Below are positions 37,406 through 45,902 of a stretch of 64,000 bases of DNA, piece by piece (position 1 is the stretch's first letter; each line of letters opens with the position of its first letter). The translations under genes were made by a program, and so were the position numbers. The notes under the pieces are model-generated. The model searched no databases. It was not told the DNA's origin and saw only the letters and a list, made by a program, of their open reading frames with translations. This DNA is from a virus. The stretch spans positions 64,001-128,000 of IMG/VR virus record IMGVR_UViG_3300032032_000001. One strand, 5' to 3'.

Positions 37406-39006
37406 CTGTCGCCCTCTGCTTTTCGCAGTTCGTCCCAGCCGCTACCCTTGACACTTGTCACCTTAGCGGTGCGCCGTGATCTCTTGGGCTTCTTCTGCTT
37501 TGCTTGGGTTTCTTGAACTGTGTTAGCCAAGAGCGCTCTACCGTTTGCCCACTTGCGTAAGGCTTCGATCTTAGTACCCATTGTTGTTGACAGCGGGACT
37601 GTATTGGAAGCTGCGGTGACCATGTCATCACACTCCAGGTCTCTATTTTCAGCGAAAGCCTTGTACATACCGTCCACAACAACCTGTTCAATTTCGGCAC
37701 CCGTGAAGGAGTTGGTCTCCTCCGCCAGACGCTTAACGTCAAACTTGTCTGAGTCTCTACCCAGTCTGGATATGTGGATCTTGAACACTTCCTCGCGATC
37801 AACCTGTGAGGGTAGGTCTACGAAAAACAATTCGTCAAACCGGCCCTTTCGAAGCATCTCTGGCGGAAGCGCAGATACGTCATTAGCGGTAGCCACTACG
37901 AAGACCTGAGATGTCTTCTCAGACATCCAAGACAAGAAACTACCAAACACACGAGCAGATGTTCCACTGTCGTGTGACCCAGAAGCCGAACCAAAACCCT
38001 TTTCGATCTCATCGATCCAAAGGACACATGGTGAAATAGCTTCAGCGGTCTTGATAGCTTTCCTGAAATTGGCTTCAGACTGTCCAACATACTGGCCAAA
38101 CAAGGCACCTACATCCATACGGAGTACGGGCATTTGCCAAGCCGAACCAATACACTTTGCAGTTAGTGATTTCCCTGTACCAGGGATACCAACAATGAGA
38201 ACGCCTTTGGGGTGCGGGAGACCAAACTCCCTAGCCTCTTCAGAAAAAGCTCGACCACGCTGGTCCAACCATGTCTTAAGAGTATTCAAACCACCAACAT
38301 CACCCATCGCCCGATCAACTTCATGGTACTGAAGCACGCCAGACTTGCGGATAATGTGCTTCTTCTCATCCAAAACAACGCGAGGCTCTATGCCCTCACA
38401 CTTTGCTAAGGATTTCGAGAAGACGTTCTCTACTTCTGTAAGAGTTAAGCCTATAGCGGCTGAGCAACCCTCTTTGAGCATGTTATCTTTCTCTTCATCG
38501 GTTTTAGAATCCCCAAAGAAGTCTTCAATAATATGCCTGTTCCAGCGCTCTAGTTCAGATTCATCAGGTAGATCAAAATCTACAACAGACATAATCTTCT
38601 CAAGCCGTGGGGGAACCTTTAGTTCGCTATCAATTATTACCACGGTAATACCGGGGTTCATTGTATTGGCTAGATCCCTAAGCTTCCTCTGCACTGGATA
38701 ACATGGACCCTCGTTGAGCCAGTAGCCGAAGTCCTTAAGAAGGAATACAGCTGACTGCTCATGCTCCCCGATTTTTTCGAGGATATCTAAAGGTGTCTCA
38801 ACATCTGGGAAATGCTCGTTCCCACAGTATGCTCCCTCAGTGAAGCTCCACGTCCAAAGTGACGCGTTTGCTTCAGAGGATACGTTCTTTCTCTCAACGA
38901 CACTTGCCAGTGCCTGCGCAACCCGATGCTCTTCGTGGCTAACCACATAGACCACCGGGTGCGCGGCTCTGACAAGAACGTCGAGTTCTTCGACGCTACG
39001 GTTCAC
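37402..39006 (-). CDS. Ycf46-type AAA+ ATPase
   Basis: DVGGLNTLKTWL, GIPGTGKS, LWIDEIEK, ATAN...LPPEMLRKGRFDELFFVDLP, FTGAEIEQ; degenerate N-terminal AAA domain. Confidence 0.9.
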   Translation of the reverse strand: MNRSVEELDVLVRAAHPVVYVVSHEEHRVAQALASVVERKNVSSEANASLWTWSFTEGAYCGNEHFPDVETPLDILEKIGEHEQSAVFLLKDFGYWLNEGPCYPVQRKLRDLANTMNPGITVVIIDSELKVPPRLEKIMSVVDFDLPDESELERWNRHIIEDFFGDSKTDEEKDNMLKEGCSAAIGLTLTEVENVFSKSLAKCEGIEPRVVLDEKKHIIRKSGVLQYHEVDRAMGDVGGLNTLKTWLDQRGRAFSEEAREFGLPHPKGVLIVGIPGTGKSLTAKCIGSAWQMPVLRMDVGALFGQYVGQSEANFRKAIKTAEAISPCVLWIDEIEKGFGSASGSHDSGTSARVFGSFLSWMSEKTSQVFVVATANDVSALPPEMLRKGRFDELFFVDLPSQVDREEVFKIHISRLGRDSDKFDVKRLAEETNSFTGAEIEQVVVDGMYKAFAENRDLECDDMVTAASNTVPLSTTMGTKIEALRKWANGRALLANTVQETQAKQKKPKRSRRTAKVTSVKGSGWDELRKAEGDS

Positions 39007-39899
39007 TATTCACCCATCCGAATGCGGCGTTTCCGCTTGACGGTTGGCTTCTTAGTTTCCTTTGAGACCTCAACCGCATCGGTTGCGTCAATAATATGCA
39101 GAAGGTCCTCTGTCTCAATTTCACAGAAGTACCAACGCACAACTCGGTCAACCGCTTCGCGGTACTCCTTGTCGAGGTCAGCATTATCCTTTGCAAGGAA
39201 CGTTCTAAGCTCTTCCATCTCCTTCTTGGAGCGGTAGGTCTTAGCTCGCTTACGCTGCTTCTCCTTGGGGACCTCATCAGCACCCTGGCCAAGCATGACC
39301 TCTAGGGCCTCATCCTGTCCCTTCTCGTTGGGATTACCGTCCTCGCGGACGATCTTCGACAACTGCTTCGCCTGGGTCATTGTGATTCGACCGTGACGAA
39401 GCGCCTCAAAGGATACAGTGCTCAAGCCTTTGTAGGTTGCGCAAAGAACGCTAACCTGTGGCTGTGAGATATTCAGCATACTGGCTACAGACTGTTGATT
39501 CCCAACGCGGTCATTAAGTCGATAAATCGACTCACAACGATCCGCGAAGTTCAGCGACTTCCTCTGTAGGTTTTCTGCAATGTTTAAGGCCAAGGCATCC
39601 TCAAGAGATCCTTCATGGACACCGCATTGGATGGTATCAAAGAAACCATCACCATCGTTTCCACGAGAGTCTCTCTCCTCAAGGATTGCTTGAACCCTAC
39701 GATAACCAGCGATCAGAAGAACTCTCTCATTGCCCTTGTCATCCTGAAGGATGTGGACAATAGGGGGGTTCATCAATCCATCGGAAATGATGGAAGATCG
39801 TAGGTCTCTGGTATCGCCCACATCAGAACGGCTGTTCTTGAATCCGAGCGTATTTCTCTCAATGTCTTCAATTTTGAATGACTTTTGCGCAAGTTGCAT
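39006..39899 (-). CDS. ParB/Spo0J-like protein
   Basis: LRSSIISDGLMNPPIV, LIAGYRRVQA, AENLQRKSL, HTH QQSVASMLNISQPQVS; GGAGG RBS upstream of ATG 39899. Confidence 0.85.
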   Translation of the reverse strand: MQLAQKSFKIEDIERNTLGFKNSRSDVGDTRDLRSSIISDGLMNPPIVHILQDDKGNERVLLIAGYRRVQAILEERDSRGNDGDGFFDTIQCGVHEGSLEDALALNIAENLQRKSLNFADRCESIYRLNDRVGNQQSVASMLNISQPQVSVLCATYKGLSTVSFEALRHGRITMTQAKQLSKIVREDGNPNEKGQDEALEVMLGQGADEVPKEKQRKRAKTYRSKKEMEELRTFLAKDNADLDKEYREAVDRVVRWYFCEIETEDLLHIIDATDAVEVSKETKKPTVKRKRRIRMGE

Positions 39900-40009
39900 T
39901 AGTTTCCTCCTATCTGCGTTGATAAGCGCACACACGTTACGAAAGTTTCCGGGCTGTAGTAGTCGGGATAAACCAGCCCATACTTATATCCACGTTTATT
40001 ATTAATAAA

Positions 40010-40123
40010 TGACAATGTATACTCTGTCGGTGACAATTTAAAAGCTGTCATCAATTCTCCAGTTAAAACCAGCACTTATAGTAGTTCTGGTGTTTTTCGG
40101 GAGTGACAAGATTATTATTGTCA
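40010..40123. repeat. Three TGACAA-N8-(T/C)TGTC(A/G) palindromic boxes (40010, 40031, 40104)
   Basis: Read directly: tgacaa-tgtatact-ctgtcg; tgacaa-tttaaaag-ctgtca; tgacaa-gattatta-ttgtca. Confidence 0.8.
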
Positions 40124-40130
40124 CCCTTAC

Positions 40131-41207
40131 CTATGTTTTCTTCCTCGGGGAAATGTTTCTTTTCCTCCGCTGATTAACACTCTCCTTAGCGACTGCGCCG
40201 CTAGAACCTGTATATAACTTTAGGGCAGCAGGATCTCCCTCCACTCTTACAGAGTCTGGGGTTAAGATTATCCTTATCCCCGTTAGGTTGATCACTAAAT
40301 CCTCCCCGTACCCTGAGCATTTTGTCAAGGCTGGGAACCACTGCCTAAGTTGTCCAATTTCATATTGCAGGGTGCCTACGTGTGCAGGCTTAGTTGTTGG
40401 TGACTCTTGTTTAGAGTCTACCCTGAATCTATGTATCGCCTCTCTTTCAAAGCGTGTGTAGTTTATACCTGTCAGTCTGGATACAGTCTGACTCACTCTC
40501 TCTGCTTCAGAGTTAGCTCTTACTGAGTCAGTCTTTCTACCGACTTCTTTTTCCAGAGCTAACGTCAGTCTCACAAGATCAGCACTTCTTCTCTTAATGT
40601 CCTCTGCTTGTTCTCTGAACCATGCAAATTCCTTAAGAGCATCATCTAGCTTATCCTGAGTATCTAACTTGTAGTCAGTAGTTCCACTACATCTTTCTTC
40701 TCTCATATCGTGTATTTTACGAATTAATTCTTCCGATTCCAATACAAGTGTTTCCTGATCAGAAAGTAACTTTCCTAAGTCTACTTCGTCTTTTTCAACA
40801 GTACCACCTAACATCTCTACTCTAGAATTAAATATAGAGAAGTCAGTTTTACTGAGAGAAAAGTTCTGTAGGCAAGATCTAGGTTTTGCTACCAGTACTT
40901 GAGGGATACTTCTACCTATATAGGGTCTTTGACTTCTGTAAGAAGCTAACCCTAAAACAAGTGTAGCTGTTTCAGCATCCATTACTCTGTAAGGCATGGA
41001 TACTTGGACATGGTCGTTCTCAGTTAATTTCCAGAGATACACATGTCCCTTCTCTATAGGGGTAAGGTCATCATCGTAAAAAGCTATCTCTTCAGGATCA
41101 GCTGGGTCACAGAATAAGTTCTGCGAGTACTCAGAGGTACGTTTTGTGATGAGACCTTTGATTAGTATAGGTGGGTTTGCCCTATCGTTCACAAACCGTA
41201 ATTCCAT
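40131..41207 (-). CDS. Hypothetical coiled-coil protein, AT-richer than its surroundings
   Basis: 358-aa ORF with AAGGAG RBS, bracketed by palindromic boxes. Confidence 0.75.
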   Translation of the reverse strand: MELRFVNDRANPPILIKGLITKRTSEYSQNLFCDPADPEEIAFYDDDLTPIEKGHVYLWKLTENDHVQVSMPYRVMDAETATLVLGLASYRSQRPYIGRSIPQVLVAKPRSCLQNFSLSKTDFSIFNSRVEMLGGTVEKDEVDLGKLLSDQETLVLESEELIRKIHDMREERCSGTTDYKLDTQDKLDDALKEFAWFREQAEDIKRRSADLVRLTLALEKEVGRKTDSVRANSEAERVSQTVSRLTGINYTRFEREAIHRFRVDSKQESPTTKPAHVGTLQYEIGQLRQWFPALTKCSGYGEDLVINLTGIRIILTPDSVRVEGDPAALKLYTGSSGAVAKESVNQRRKRNISPRKKT

Positions 41208-41244
41208 ATTGTCTCCTTATGCAGTTCAAAGATCTAAGAGGGGG

Positions 41245-41358
41245 TGACAAGTTAATGGTTGTCAGACCCCTTATACCACAAATCGTTCCTAAGTAGGCGT
41301 AGATACTACGTTTCTTGTGGCAAGTTAAAGGTTGTCAGTGACAGGTTTCCACTTGTCA
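41245..41358. repeat. Three TG(A/G)CA(A/G)-N8-TTGTCA palindromic boxes (41245, 41318, 41339)
   Basis: tgacaa-gttaatgg-ttgtca; tggcaa-gttaaagg-ttgtca; tgacag-gtttccac-ttgtca. Confidence 0.8.
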
Positions 41359-41453
41359 CCTCATTAGTAAAGAATAAAAAGTTGCCCGTCAGTAGAGGAG
41401 GCAGCCACCCCTTTGGATGACTGCCCCCTCTACTTTGGACGGGAGGCTGTTGA

Positions 41454-42212
41454 CTACTTCTGAGCGGCTGCCTGTCGTCCCTTACGCGCCTTACGAACAC
41501 GCTTGAACTTCAGTCCAGCAGACTTCATCAGGTGGACGTGAGCCTCGGTTAGAGCCGAAGTCAAAGCGATCTCATCGCTCTCACCATCCCATTCACCCTC
41601 AGTCGCCTTAGCGTACGTGGGCTGCACGTACCTTGAGATCGCCTTAGGCACATCCACTTCGAACCTCAGACCGCGAGATGCAGCCAAGTTGACAACGAAC
41701 GCCTTGACGCCAAGAAGGGCGTACAGGTTCCGATCCTCAGGGGTGATATCCCCCTCAGACACGGACAGTCCGGTGTCACGCTCAAGCGTGGACTTCAACT
41801 CCTGCCAGCGGTCTAGCCCCTGAAGGATGATTGCGCCGGAGATTGCCTTGCTAACGAAGTTCTTTCGACCTTCGAACAGCTGCTCTCTCGTAGGCTTCAC
41901 AGTGCCCTTACCCCAACCACCTTGAACGATAAAGTTCAAAGCAGCAGTTCCCGTAAAGAAACCGTTGGTCTCCAGGGTTAGTGCAAACTTGCAACGCTTT
42001 CCTCCAGAAGACACAGGGGTGCCAACATAGAGGATAGAACCATCCTCACGGGTCTGCTTCATCAGATCCGTAGAGGTTGTGGCCCCAGACGGTGCCTCGT
42101 GCTCGACAGTGATAACGTCGGGCGCTCGTTGTGGGTCAACCAGACCGCACATAGGGAGTCCTGTGGACCAGGACTTTTTCTTGTCAAAACCGCTCATAAT
42201 AGCCTCCTTCAC
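41454..42212 (-). CDS. Hypothetical protein with a basic C-terminus
   Basis: 252-aa ORF followed by a hairpin at about 41392-41433. Confidence 0.7.
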   Translation of the reverse strand: MKEAIMSGFDKKKSWSTGLPMCGLVDPQRAPDVITVEHEAPSGATTSTDLMKQTREDGSILYVGTPVSSGGKRCKFALTLETNGFFTGTAALNFIVQGGWGKGTVKPTREQLFEGRKNFVSKAISGAIILQGLDRWQELKSTLERDTGLSVSEGDITPEDRNLYALLGVKAFVVNLAASRGLRFEVDVPKAISRYVQPTYAKATEGEWDGESDEIALTSALTEAHVHLMKSAGLKFKRVRKARKGRQAAAQK

Positions 42213-42239
42213 ATATGTGATTGTTTTTTTTACGGTTGC

Positions 42240-42917
42240 CTAATTGGCTACAGTTGTGATGACTTGATTCATAAAGATATTAGCGAAATCAATTTCCGCA
42301 GAATCAAAACGAATCTCCTCACCGATAATACTCTTTGCAAGCAAGGAGCAGATGATCGAAGATAAGCCGTACGCACAGAAGACCGTCGCCTTCTCAGTAC
42401 AGGGGAGCGCTACCGCTTCATCATCGGAGAACAAGCTTGCCTCGTACTTTTCGATAGACTTACGGTTAGACTTGTCTACAAAGAAGACTTGCCCAAACCG
42501 TGCGGCCATCCGGCCATCGATAAAGTATCTGGAAGATGTACTCATGAGGAAAGATTCAAATATGGCCTTTCGAGAAGCCATATTATCCACAGCAGAAACT
42601 ACGTACACTTCGTCAAACTTGTGTCCGTCCTCTACCCTTTTGTCCTCAGCAATGATTTCAGCACCAGTGCCTTCTGTAAGACGCTTAGCTATTGCTTCAC
42701 ATTTCTTATACCCGATTTCAGGTATGAAATAGCCTTGATTGGCTAGGTTATGCATCTCCACCGTGTCATCATCGAAGACCCGAATTTTGCGCACACCCAT
42801 CTTAGTCATAGCCTCCGCAGTATGGGAGCCAATAGCCCCCACACCCACAACAGCTACCGTAGTATTATTAATGAGTTCGTCAGGAATGATTCCACTCTGC
42901 CTTGTTGTATCAATCAT
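42240..42917 (-). CDS. E1-like (ThiF/MoeB family) ubiquitin-activating enzyme
   Basis: VVGVGAIGS, DDDTVEMHNLANQ, SAVDNMASRK, IDGRM, candidate catalytic Cys in LPCTEK. Confidence 0.9.
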   Translation of the reverse strand: MIDTTRQSGIIPDELINNTTVAVVGVGAIGSHTAEAMTKMGVRKIRVFDDDTVEMHNLANQGYFIPEIGYKKCEAIAKRLTEGTGAEIIAEDKRVEDGHKFDEVYVVSAVDNMASRKAIFESFLMSTSSRYFIDGRMAARFGQVFFVDKSNRKSIEKYEASLFSDDEAVALPCTEKATVFCAYGLSSIICSLLAKSIIGEEIRFDSAEIDFANIFMNQVITTVAN

Positions 42918-43911
42918 CTAATTCCTCCTTTTTCTCATCCTCATCCTCTTGCGCCATATAGGCCTCATAATCAGAACCATCGTCGTCTTTAGTTGGGGTA
43001 ACCAACTCTTCGACATCTACACCGTGCACAAGCTCAAGCTCCTGCAAGAGTTCTTCTTTTGAGATCTCTTGCGCGTAGAACTTGGTGTAAAGCTCCATGG
43101 CATCATTGGCTCCGATATCATTTCCATCGTAAGCCTTCTGTAGCTCAGGAAGCTCAAAGGGGAAGTCGAGGGCCTCAATAACCTCCTCAACCTTTCCAGC
43201 AGCATCATATGCACCATGGACTCCTCCCATAGCCCAATCCGTATCGTCGTCCATTGCCCAGGATGTGTCGTAAACCTGACCACCAGTACCGATGCGGGTA
43301 TACCCACTACCGGTGTACCAACTCTTTGTTTTTGCGGCGGGAGCCTTAGTCACACTGATACGCTCGGCGCGGAAGGTTGCCTTCTCTACATACTTCTCAA
43401 TAATGTCTTCCGCCCAGCCATCTGGGAGGATGTCAATTTGATCAACAGCATATGAGCACTTCTCAAACGAGTACCGAATAGGTGACATCATGTCGATTCT
43501 CAGATTGAGATCACCCTTCTTATTGGTGATCACAGAGATACACACCGAATCAAAATCAAACTTCTCAATTTGACTCTCATCAGTACCGCTGTGTCCCGTG
43601 TCCATGTTTACGTGACTATGCCACCAAACAACAATCTGCTCAGACTTGATCCCCTTCTCCCGTAGGTCGAAAGTTAGATCCACAAGAGCTTCGTCATCTA
43701 GAACAGTGGATGTCCCAGAGCACAACTGCTTAACAGGGAAGAACTCTGTTACGTAGAAGTCTTCACCGACTCCCGCGTCATCCTTTTCTTCTTCGGTGGC
43801 GATGATTCCCATCGCACTTATTTCAATGTCACATTTATTTGTTAGTCTAAACATTTGCTGGTAGGCCTTCTGGGAAAACCTAACCGTCGGCTTGCTGAGT
43901 ACTTTCATCAA
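42910..43911 (-). CDS. JAB/JAMM metalloprotease (DUB-like) with acidic C-terminal extension
   Basis: EISAMG glutamate and exact JAMM motif HSH-x7-S-x2-D (WWHSHVNMDTGHSGTD). Confidence 0.85.
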   Translation of the reverse strand: MMKVLSKPTVRFSQKAYQQMFRLTNKCDIEISAMGIIATEEEKDDAGVGEDFYVTEFFPVKQLCSGTSTVLDDEALVDLTFDLREKGIKSEQIVVWWHSHVNMDTGHSGTDESQIEKFDFDSVCISVITNKKGDLNLRIDMMSPIRYSFEKCSYAVDQIDILPDGWAEDIIEKYVEKATFRAERISVTKAPAAKTKSWYTGSGYTRIGTGGQVYDTSWAMDDDTDWAMGGVHGAYDAAGKVEEVIEALDFPFELPELQKAYDGNDIGANDAMELYTKFYAQEISKEELLQELELVHGVDVEELVTPTKDDDGSDYEAYMAQEDEDEKKEELDD

Positions 43912-44974
43912 TAACTCCTAGTTTCTGTATTTGGGTAACTGCCGCTTTAGCGACATCAATAAATTCTACAAATTCACCCAAAACACAGGACCCCTTAGAG
44001 AGTCCCGGGTGGGAGTTTCGATGCCAGCGCATACATTCAGATGCACTCATTCCACAGTCCTCAACAGGACCAGTACTTTCACAGCCACACTTGTCTATCC
44101 AAAGACCCTTCCCACATGCACAGAGCTTGTGGTCCCAGCGATTCGCTATGCCAAACTTATGTAGTCGCGCATACGGATCGACGTGGTTGTATGTGATTAA
44201 ATATTCTGTGGTTGTTACTATTACGTTAGCGATGTCTTTGTTCTTCATGTGCTGAAGAAGCATCCTCTGAACGTTCCCCAAGCAGGGACTACCATCTGTT
44301 TGGATATGCGGATGGGAGTACGATGAGAAGCTGATATTGTTACCCGCTTGTCGGAACGAGGCTGTAACGCCCTGAAAACCATTCGCTTGGTAAGTGTAAC
44401 GGATCTCTACCTTGAACTTACCAAAGACCTGATCAAGGAAGCCTCCGAAGCCATCCTTCAGCTTAATTGTGTTTGTTGTCCACGATAGAATTGAGACCCC
44501 GCTTATGGGATCCTCAACATAGTTTACCGGGACGCGCTTATCTATAAACGAGTCAACTGACTTAAGCATGAACGCTCTATTAGAGAGCGAGGACTCATCG
44601 TATAGATCATCAAAATTCGACAGAAACGAATTCTTAGAATGAATCTCCGCAGACAGGTTACGCTGCTCATCAGCTAACTGGCTAACACGGGACGACTTAT
44701 CCAGGTACTTACGCCTTGCAATCTCACTTCTTGACTTGGCCGCCATGTAATCAGAGTACTTCTGGATCTCACGGCTTTTCTGTTTTTCATATATTCTTTG
44801 CCGAGCGGCAGCCTTTGCTTCAACAGCTTCTTGACTCTTCACTACTTGTGCGAGCCTCTTACCAAGACGCTCACTGTCTTCACGTGCGGATGAAGCGGCA
44901 GACTCTACAATACTGTCTAGATCTTTTATTAATGTCTCATCTTCGGCACACAGCCGAATAGAAAATGCGTTCAT
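43880..44974 (-). CDS. E2-like (UBC-fold) conjugating enzyme with N-terminal coiled coil and Cys/His-rich C-terminus
   Basis: SHPHIQTDGSPCLGN matches the E2 HP(N/H)..G..CL catalytic signature; gene lies between the JAB and Ubl genes. Confidence 0.72.
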   Translation of the reverse strand: MNAFSIRLCAEDETLIKDLDSIVESAASSAREDSERLGKRLAQVVKSQEAVEAKAAARQRIYEKQKSREIQKYSDYMAAKSRSEIARRKYLDKSSRVSQLADEQRNLSAEIHSKNSFLSNFDDLYDESSLSNRAFMLKSVDSFIDKRVPVNYVEDPISGVSILSWTTNTIKLKDGFGGFLDQVFGKFKVEIRYTYQANGFQGVTASFRQAGNNISFSSYSHPHIQTDGSPCLGNVQRMLLQHMKNKDIANVIVTTTEYLITYNHVDPYARLHKFGIANRWDHKLCACGKGLWIDKCGCESTGPVEDCGMSASECMRWHRNSHPGLSKGSCVLGEFVEFIDVAKAAVTQIQKLGVIDESTQQADG

Positions 44975-44994
44975 TCCACACCTCCATGGGTTCC

Positions 44995-45027
44995 AAAAAA
45001 AAGGGGGAGGACAAAAGCCCTCCCCCC
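44995..45027 (-). terminator. Intrinsic terminator between the Ubl and E2 genes
   Basis: On the - strand: GGGGGAGG...CCTCCCCC stem followed by T8. Confidence 0.75.
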
Positions 45028-45047
45028 AGAATTATTAACAAGTAATA

Positions 45048-45500
45048 CTAGATTCCACCGGCAACCTTTTGTGCGATGAAAATCTCGTGCTCACCCGGAC
45101 CAACTGCTTGGGACAGGTCAGTAATCTCTACGGTCTGCCCAGGGCCAACACGACGTTTAAAAGTAACGTCATCAGTTGACCAGCTCAGGGAGTGCATAAG
45201 GTCGGCAACAGAAGTGTGCGCCGGAACCTCTACACACCGATCACTCTTACCGCTGCGGATTAACGAAACAACACAGAATTCTGCGTCGCCCTTAGCCTCG
45301 GAGGACATGCTAGACGCCGCTTCCTTAGCTTCGGCCTCCTCTAACGCCGATGTCTTAGTGGCTACCATTTTCTGCAAAGCGGAAAGCTTATCCATAGCGG
45401 GTTGACTAAAGTTCTCAGCAAGCTCTTTGTATTGAGCGTCACGCTGTGTGGTGGTTTCTTCTAGGTCCGTTTTCAGACGGGCCAGATTATCATTTGCCAT
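45048..45500 (-). CDS. Ubiquitin-like (beta-grasp) protein with N-terminal coiled coil, C-terminus -VAGGI
   Basis: VEVPAHTSVADLM...AVGPGEHEIFIAQKVAGG-I fits a MoaD/ThiS/Ub fold with a di-Gly capped by one residue; AAGGAG RBS. Confidence 0.75.
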   Translation of the reverse strand: MANDNLARLKTDLEETTTQRDAQYKELAENFSQPAMDKLSALQKMVATKTSALEEAEAKEAASSMSSEAKGDAEFCVVSLIRSGKSDRCVEVPAHTSVADLMHSLSWSTDDVTFKRRVGPGQTVEITDLSQAVGPGEHEIFIAQKVAGGI

Positions 45501-45852
45501 TAGGCGTCTCCTTTTCCCACAGGAACTGTGGAAATGTTTTTGTTATTTCTTTTGTAATAGATTCCGGTGTCTCACCAGACCACATAACCACAGAGGACTC
45601 CCCTGCGTTTATCCTAGTAGCCCCGCCCCCTGGTTCTGGGTTTGCGGACTCGGACCTGTTGGTAGTTGTTGCCGAAGCTGTATATCCAAGCCTATCCAAC
45701 AGCTCTCCCTCAACTTTAGGCTCAGGCCCAAAGTAAAGAGTCACAGTCCAATTCTTGAATTCTGTAGTTTTGACAGTTCTCTGTTTTCCAAGCGCCGCCG
45801 CTATATTATGGGGCGTTGGATGATCGGGGATATTCTCGTCCGATTTCATCAA
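45490..45852 (-). CDS. Hypothetical protein overlapping the Ubl gene start
   Basis: 120-aa ORF; its 3' end contains the RBS of the Ubl gene. Confidence 0.55.
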   Translation of the reverse strand: MMKSDENIPDHPTPHNIAAALGKQRTVKTTEFKNWTVTLYFGPEPKVEGELLDRLGYTASATTTNRSESANPEPGGGATRINAGESSVVMWSGETPESITKEITKTFPQFLWEKETPNGK

Positions 45853-45902
45853 TTCTCCACTAATTCCCGACTACTGAGAAAGTGTGGATCTCCCAAGGTG
45901 TG

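Noticed and set aside
42240-42917. ThiF/MoeB for thiamine or molybdopterin biosynthesis
   Set aside because: No thiG, moaE or sulfurtransferase nearby; the neighbours are JAB, E2-like and Ubl genes; the two CxxC Zn motifs typical of ThiF/MoeB are absent.
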